Below, one piece after another: positions 60,654 through 64,000 of a stretch of DNA of 64,000 nucleotides. Under the pieces are notes generated by a model. That model was not told where the DNA came from. It made no database searches and saw nothing but the letters and a program-made list of their open reading frames with translations. This DNA comes from Massalongia carnosa (taxonomy: Eukaryota). Within the stretch, counting starts at the first letter, position 1, and each line of letters starts with the position of its first letter. Location: the NCBI GenBank assembly GCA_965645245.1, contig OZ287071.1:186001-250000 (forward strand), written 5' to 3'. The translations under genes and the position numbers were made by a program.

Positions 60654-63138
60654 CTCGGGATGACTGGGATATGCAACAAACCTAGATATGCAACAGCACT
60701 AGTAGGGGTTTATATCCGATGTTTATCCGATGCTAAAGCATTCCTACCAAAATTTATACTGTAGCGTCTCTACAAATCAGCCAATTGACCTATACCTACT
60801 CTCCAACCCTTAACCCTGGCCATTGAAGCTATAATTGGTCTCAGCGCCTGGCCTAGCCATCCCTCCGTTACCAAAATATCATGCAAGCTGTTGAGGAAGA
60901 CCCATTAGAAGAGGAATCAGATACAGAGGTCATCCCAAGGCGTGAGCGCATGGAGCTTGCTCTGATCTCCTTTGCCAAAGCTATCAAGCGGTCGGATGAA
61001 TATGAACTCCAGCCTGAAATAAAGCCTAAGTAAGAGAAGCCTTCATTCCGCCAATATGCCAACAAATACAATGTTTGCCATACAACTTTATATCGACGAT
61101 ACAAAGGAGAAACATTACCTCATCATAAAGCTCATCATAAGCTCATCAAGCCCAACAACGCCTCACTTTCATTGAGGAGGAATGCTTAGTAAACTGGATC
61201 GAATTATTGGCCAAATGGGGCTTCCCTCCAATGATTTATCGAATCAAGTTACAAGCAGAAGAGATTCTCAAAAAAAGAGGAAATCATACCCCATTGGGAT
61301 GTCACTGGGTGGAGAAGTTCTTGAATCGACATCATTCGTTAAAATCTCGCTTTTGCACTCCGTTAGATAAAGAGCGCATCAATGCAGTCAATTACGAAAC
61401 AATCAATCATTGGTTTAAGCTCTTTTCGGACACAATGAAGCAATACAACATTGAAAAAAGAGACGTATATAATATGGACGAGAAGGGCTTTGCAGTAGGT
61501 CAAGCAGGCAAGCAGAAAGTAGTGGTTTCAAAGGCAAACCTCAATGCATACATGTGTCAGAATGGGAGCCGGGAATGGGTGTCTCTTCTTGAATGTATCT
61601 CTGCAGATGGAGCACTTCTTCCTGCTTTCGTCATCTTTAAAGCAAAGACTCAACGGAAGGCCTGGATGAATGAATTGGAGCGAGGTAATAACATCGCTAT
61701 CAGTGACAAGGGCTGGACCAATAATACACTCGCTTTCGAATGGTTTAAACGTGTATTTGATCCATATTCGAAGAAGCGACAACAAGGCGAATATCGCTTG
61801 CTTATCCTCGACGGGCATGCTTCTCATATTACGTCGGAAGTTATCCAATTCTGTATCAATGAGAAGATTATTCTTGCTTGCCTTCCAGCTCACACAACTC
61901 ACGTCCTCCAGCCGTTAGATGTGGGTTTCTTTCAGCCACTGGGGAGTCTCTATCGGACCAAGCTACTGCGTCTGATAAAGTGGGATAGCAGTGCTAACGT
62001 GGATAAGGTCGATTTCATTGATTTATATCAACGAGCTCGGAGTGAGACAGCCAAACTCACTACTATTCTCAGTGCTTGGCAGAAAGCACTTCTATTTCCT
62101 CTGGATCCAGAGAGTCTTTTGAAGACATTGCCACAGCCGAAAGATGTGATAAAAACTGTTACTCTAAGGCCGTATACGCCACCAGAAGTATTCTTCCGAT
62201 CGTCGGATGGCGTCACTATATCCGCTCCTATCAAGACTCCAAGAAATGCAGCTGAATTCGATGAAATCGTCCACAAAGCTATTGATGGGAAGGCTACCCA
62301 GCAAGAGATTATGAAGCTAGGCAAGGCTGGATCAAAAACGTACGTCGAGAAGGTGTTACTAGAGACTACAAATACTGAATTGTTGGAGAATCAACAGTGT
62401 AAAAAGGAGAAGGCCAAACGTTCAAATCAACAGCTCGGTAAAGGACGTATAATGAATCATGACGTCCTCGAAGAACGGGAGATGAAGAAGCACACAGAGG
62501 AGCAGAAGAAGCGTGCAGATAAACAAGAGAAGGAGTTCTGGGAGGCCTGGAAATCTGTGTGGAGTCTCATTGCAGAGCCCAAACCTCAAAGTCTGAAAAA
62601 ACAAGACAAATAAGAAGGCACAGGCTATCCAGCCAATTTCCATCGATTTAGACCCTTCAACGCTTGCTCCGCCAGAGCCTTGCTTAGAGAATGAGGATCC
62701 GGAGTTCGCTATACAGACTGAGGTACAGGATGTTAGGGATAAATGGATGAGAGGTAAAAGAGGCAGGAAGTCAGTCAAGGCCCGAAGTGAGGGAATACAT
62801 GACGCTGTGACGGTATTGCCTGTATATACGGCCTCTGGGAGGATAGTGAGACCTCCTAGAAGGCGAGATTGACTGCTTTATATATTACATCATGTATAAT
62901 ATAGCACTGAGCTGGCCTAGCGGGCGGGGCCTAAGCACCAAAGCTTTCTATAGCTTCAGTTGTTTAAACCATTAATTCGGCCGTTGCTGGCAATTAATTA
63001 GTGCTCTGAAGATACTGCAGCCAAATTCGATAAGGAAGACTGGCAATGCTAATCAGAAGATTATCGGTCAAACTTCGGGTAAACCCCTACTAGTGCTGTT
63101 GCATATCTAGGTTTGTTGCATATCCCAGTCATCTCGAG
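60654..63138 (+). mobile_element. Fot1/pogo-type Tc1-mariner transposon
   Basis: ~58-bp TIRs CTCGGGATGACTGGGATATGCAAC.. with one mismatch; TA TSD at 60652-60653 and 63139-63140. Confidence 0.95.
60881..62872 (+). pseudogene. Fot1-like DD35D transposase, disrupted
   Basis: YNMDEKGF, LILDGHASH, LQPLDVGFF; TAA at 61031; short duplication and frameshift at about 61120-61150; frameshift at about 62600 before the TASGRIVRPP tail. Confidence 0.9.
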
Positions 63139-63650
63139 TACCGCGAGACAACAGCGCGCGTGCGAAAGGAGACGAAAAGATGTATCTCGCTGAAGTCGTG
63201 GACGCACCTCATACTTCTTTCCATCATCGTCGATAAGGGATGCGCTTCCATTCCGAAAGTGGTTTAGCACGATTAGGGTAATTATTAGTAGCAATAAACA
63301 CGTCATACGATTTAGTTGAGCCGGTGTTCCGAATACAGGTGAATTACGTTAAACCGAAACGAGTTTAGTGTGTTGTTGGCAGTTGCATTACTAGCTTGTA
63401 CGTACCCTAGATGAGCAGTAAAATGGTTATTTACTAGCAAAGATTTACACAAGGGGGGGACGGTCGGGGGACTGTCCCTAAGCATCCCGTTAAGCCTAGG
63501 CTTGACGTATTCAGCCTTATATGGATATCATTCAGCCGCGCAACAATACAGCTTGACTGATGCTTTCTGTACCACTCATTTCCACAGCCAGCCTCTGCAC
63601 ATTGCTACCAAGCTAGTTGTATAAGTAGAAGAAAGCTAGGACCTTCTATC

Positions 63651-64000
63651 ATGCCAGATAAAGATTTATGCCTATTATCTCTTGATGGCGGTGGAGTGCG
63701 AGGGCTATCGTCACTCGCAATCCTCAAGCGACTGATGGAGATCATCAATCCGGAAACGCCGCCGAAGCCATGCGAGTATTTCGACATGATCGGAGGGACA
63801 AGTACCGGTGGATTGATTGCTATCATGCTAGGTCGACTTGAGATGAATATCGACGAATGTATTGATGCCTATGTCGCATTGTTCGATCAAGTGTTTAAAA
63901 AAAAGCGGCATCGTGTCACAATAAACGGACACGTGCAGGGGAGATTCGACACGGAAGAGCTGGAACGGTCGATTCGAGAAATCGTAAAGCGGAAGGAGAA
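63651..64000 (+). CDS. Patatin-like phospholipase domain protein, 5' part (possibly the N-terminus of an NLR)
   Basis: MPDKDLCLLSLDGGGVRGLSSL..CEYFDMIGGTSTGGLIAIMLGRL contains the DGGG and GTSTG motifs; open to the window end. Confidence 0.9.
   Translation, partial: MPDKDLCLLSLDGGGVRGLSSLAILKRLMEIINPETPPKPCEYFDMIGGTSTGGLIAIMLGRLEMNIDECIDAYVALFDQVFKKKRHRVTINGHVQGRFDTEELERSIREIVKRKE

Overview
This is a eukaryotic window from a filamentous ascomycete-type fungus, judged from short GT..CTAAC..AG introns, fungal Copia primer sites and RIP-like C>T nonsense changes. Most of it is a nest of transposable elements. LTR elements: one Ty3/Gypsy element (cut by the window start), a second Gypsy gag remnant, three Ty1/Copia families (one nested inside another, one present twice) and four solo LTRs with target-site duplications (TSDs). 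Other elements: a Tad-like LINE fragment, two IS630/Tc1-type DD38E/DD39E transposons, a non-autonomous MULE-like element, a hAT, a Fot1/pogo, an intact tyrosine-recombinase (Ngaro/DIRS-type) retrotransposon and a decayed TLH-like RecQ-helicase unit. Between the elements lie mostly broken host genes of defence-associated classes: SesB-hydrolase/NB-ARC NLR, TPR fragment, patatin, dynamin fragment, ZNFX1-like fragment, kinase and a PD-(D/E)XK-like gene. The most unusual signals are: (1) Tc1-type transposases in elements with CACGCGGG termini and a 5-bp GC-rich TSD instead of TA; (2) a Copia family with gag and pol separated by a conserved in-frame UGA in a CARYYA readthrough context; (3) an intact YR retrotransposon with no visible terminal repeats; (4) a Copia family whose LTRs integrate with TG...GA ends; (5) a self-priming Gypsy primer site. 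All coordinates were read by eye and no database searches were run.
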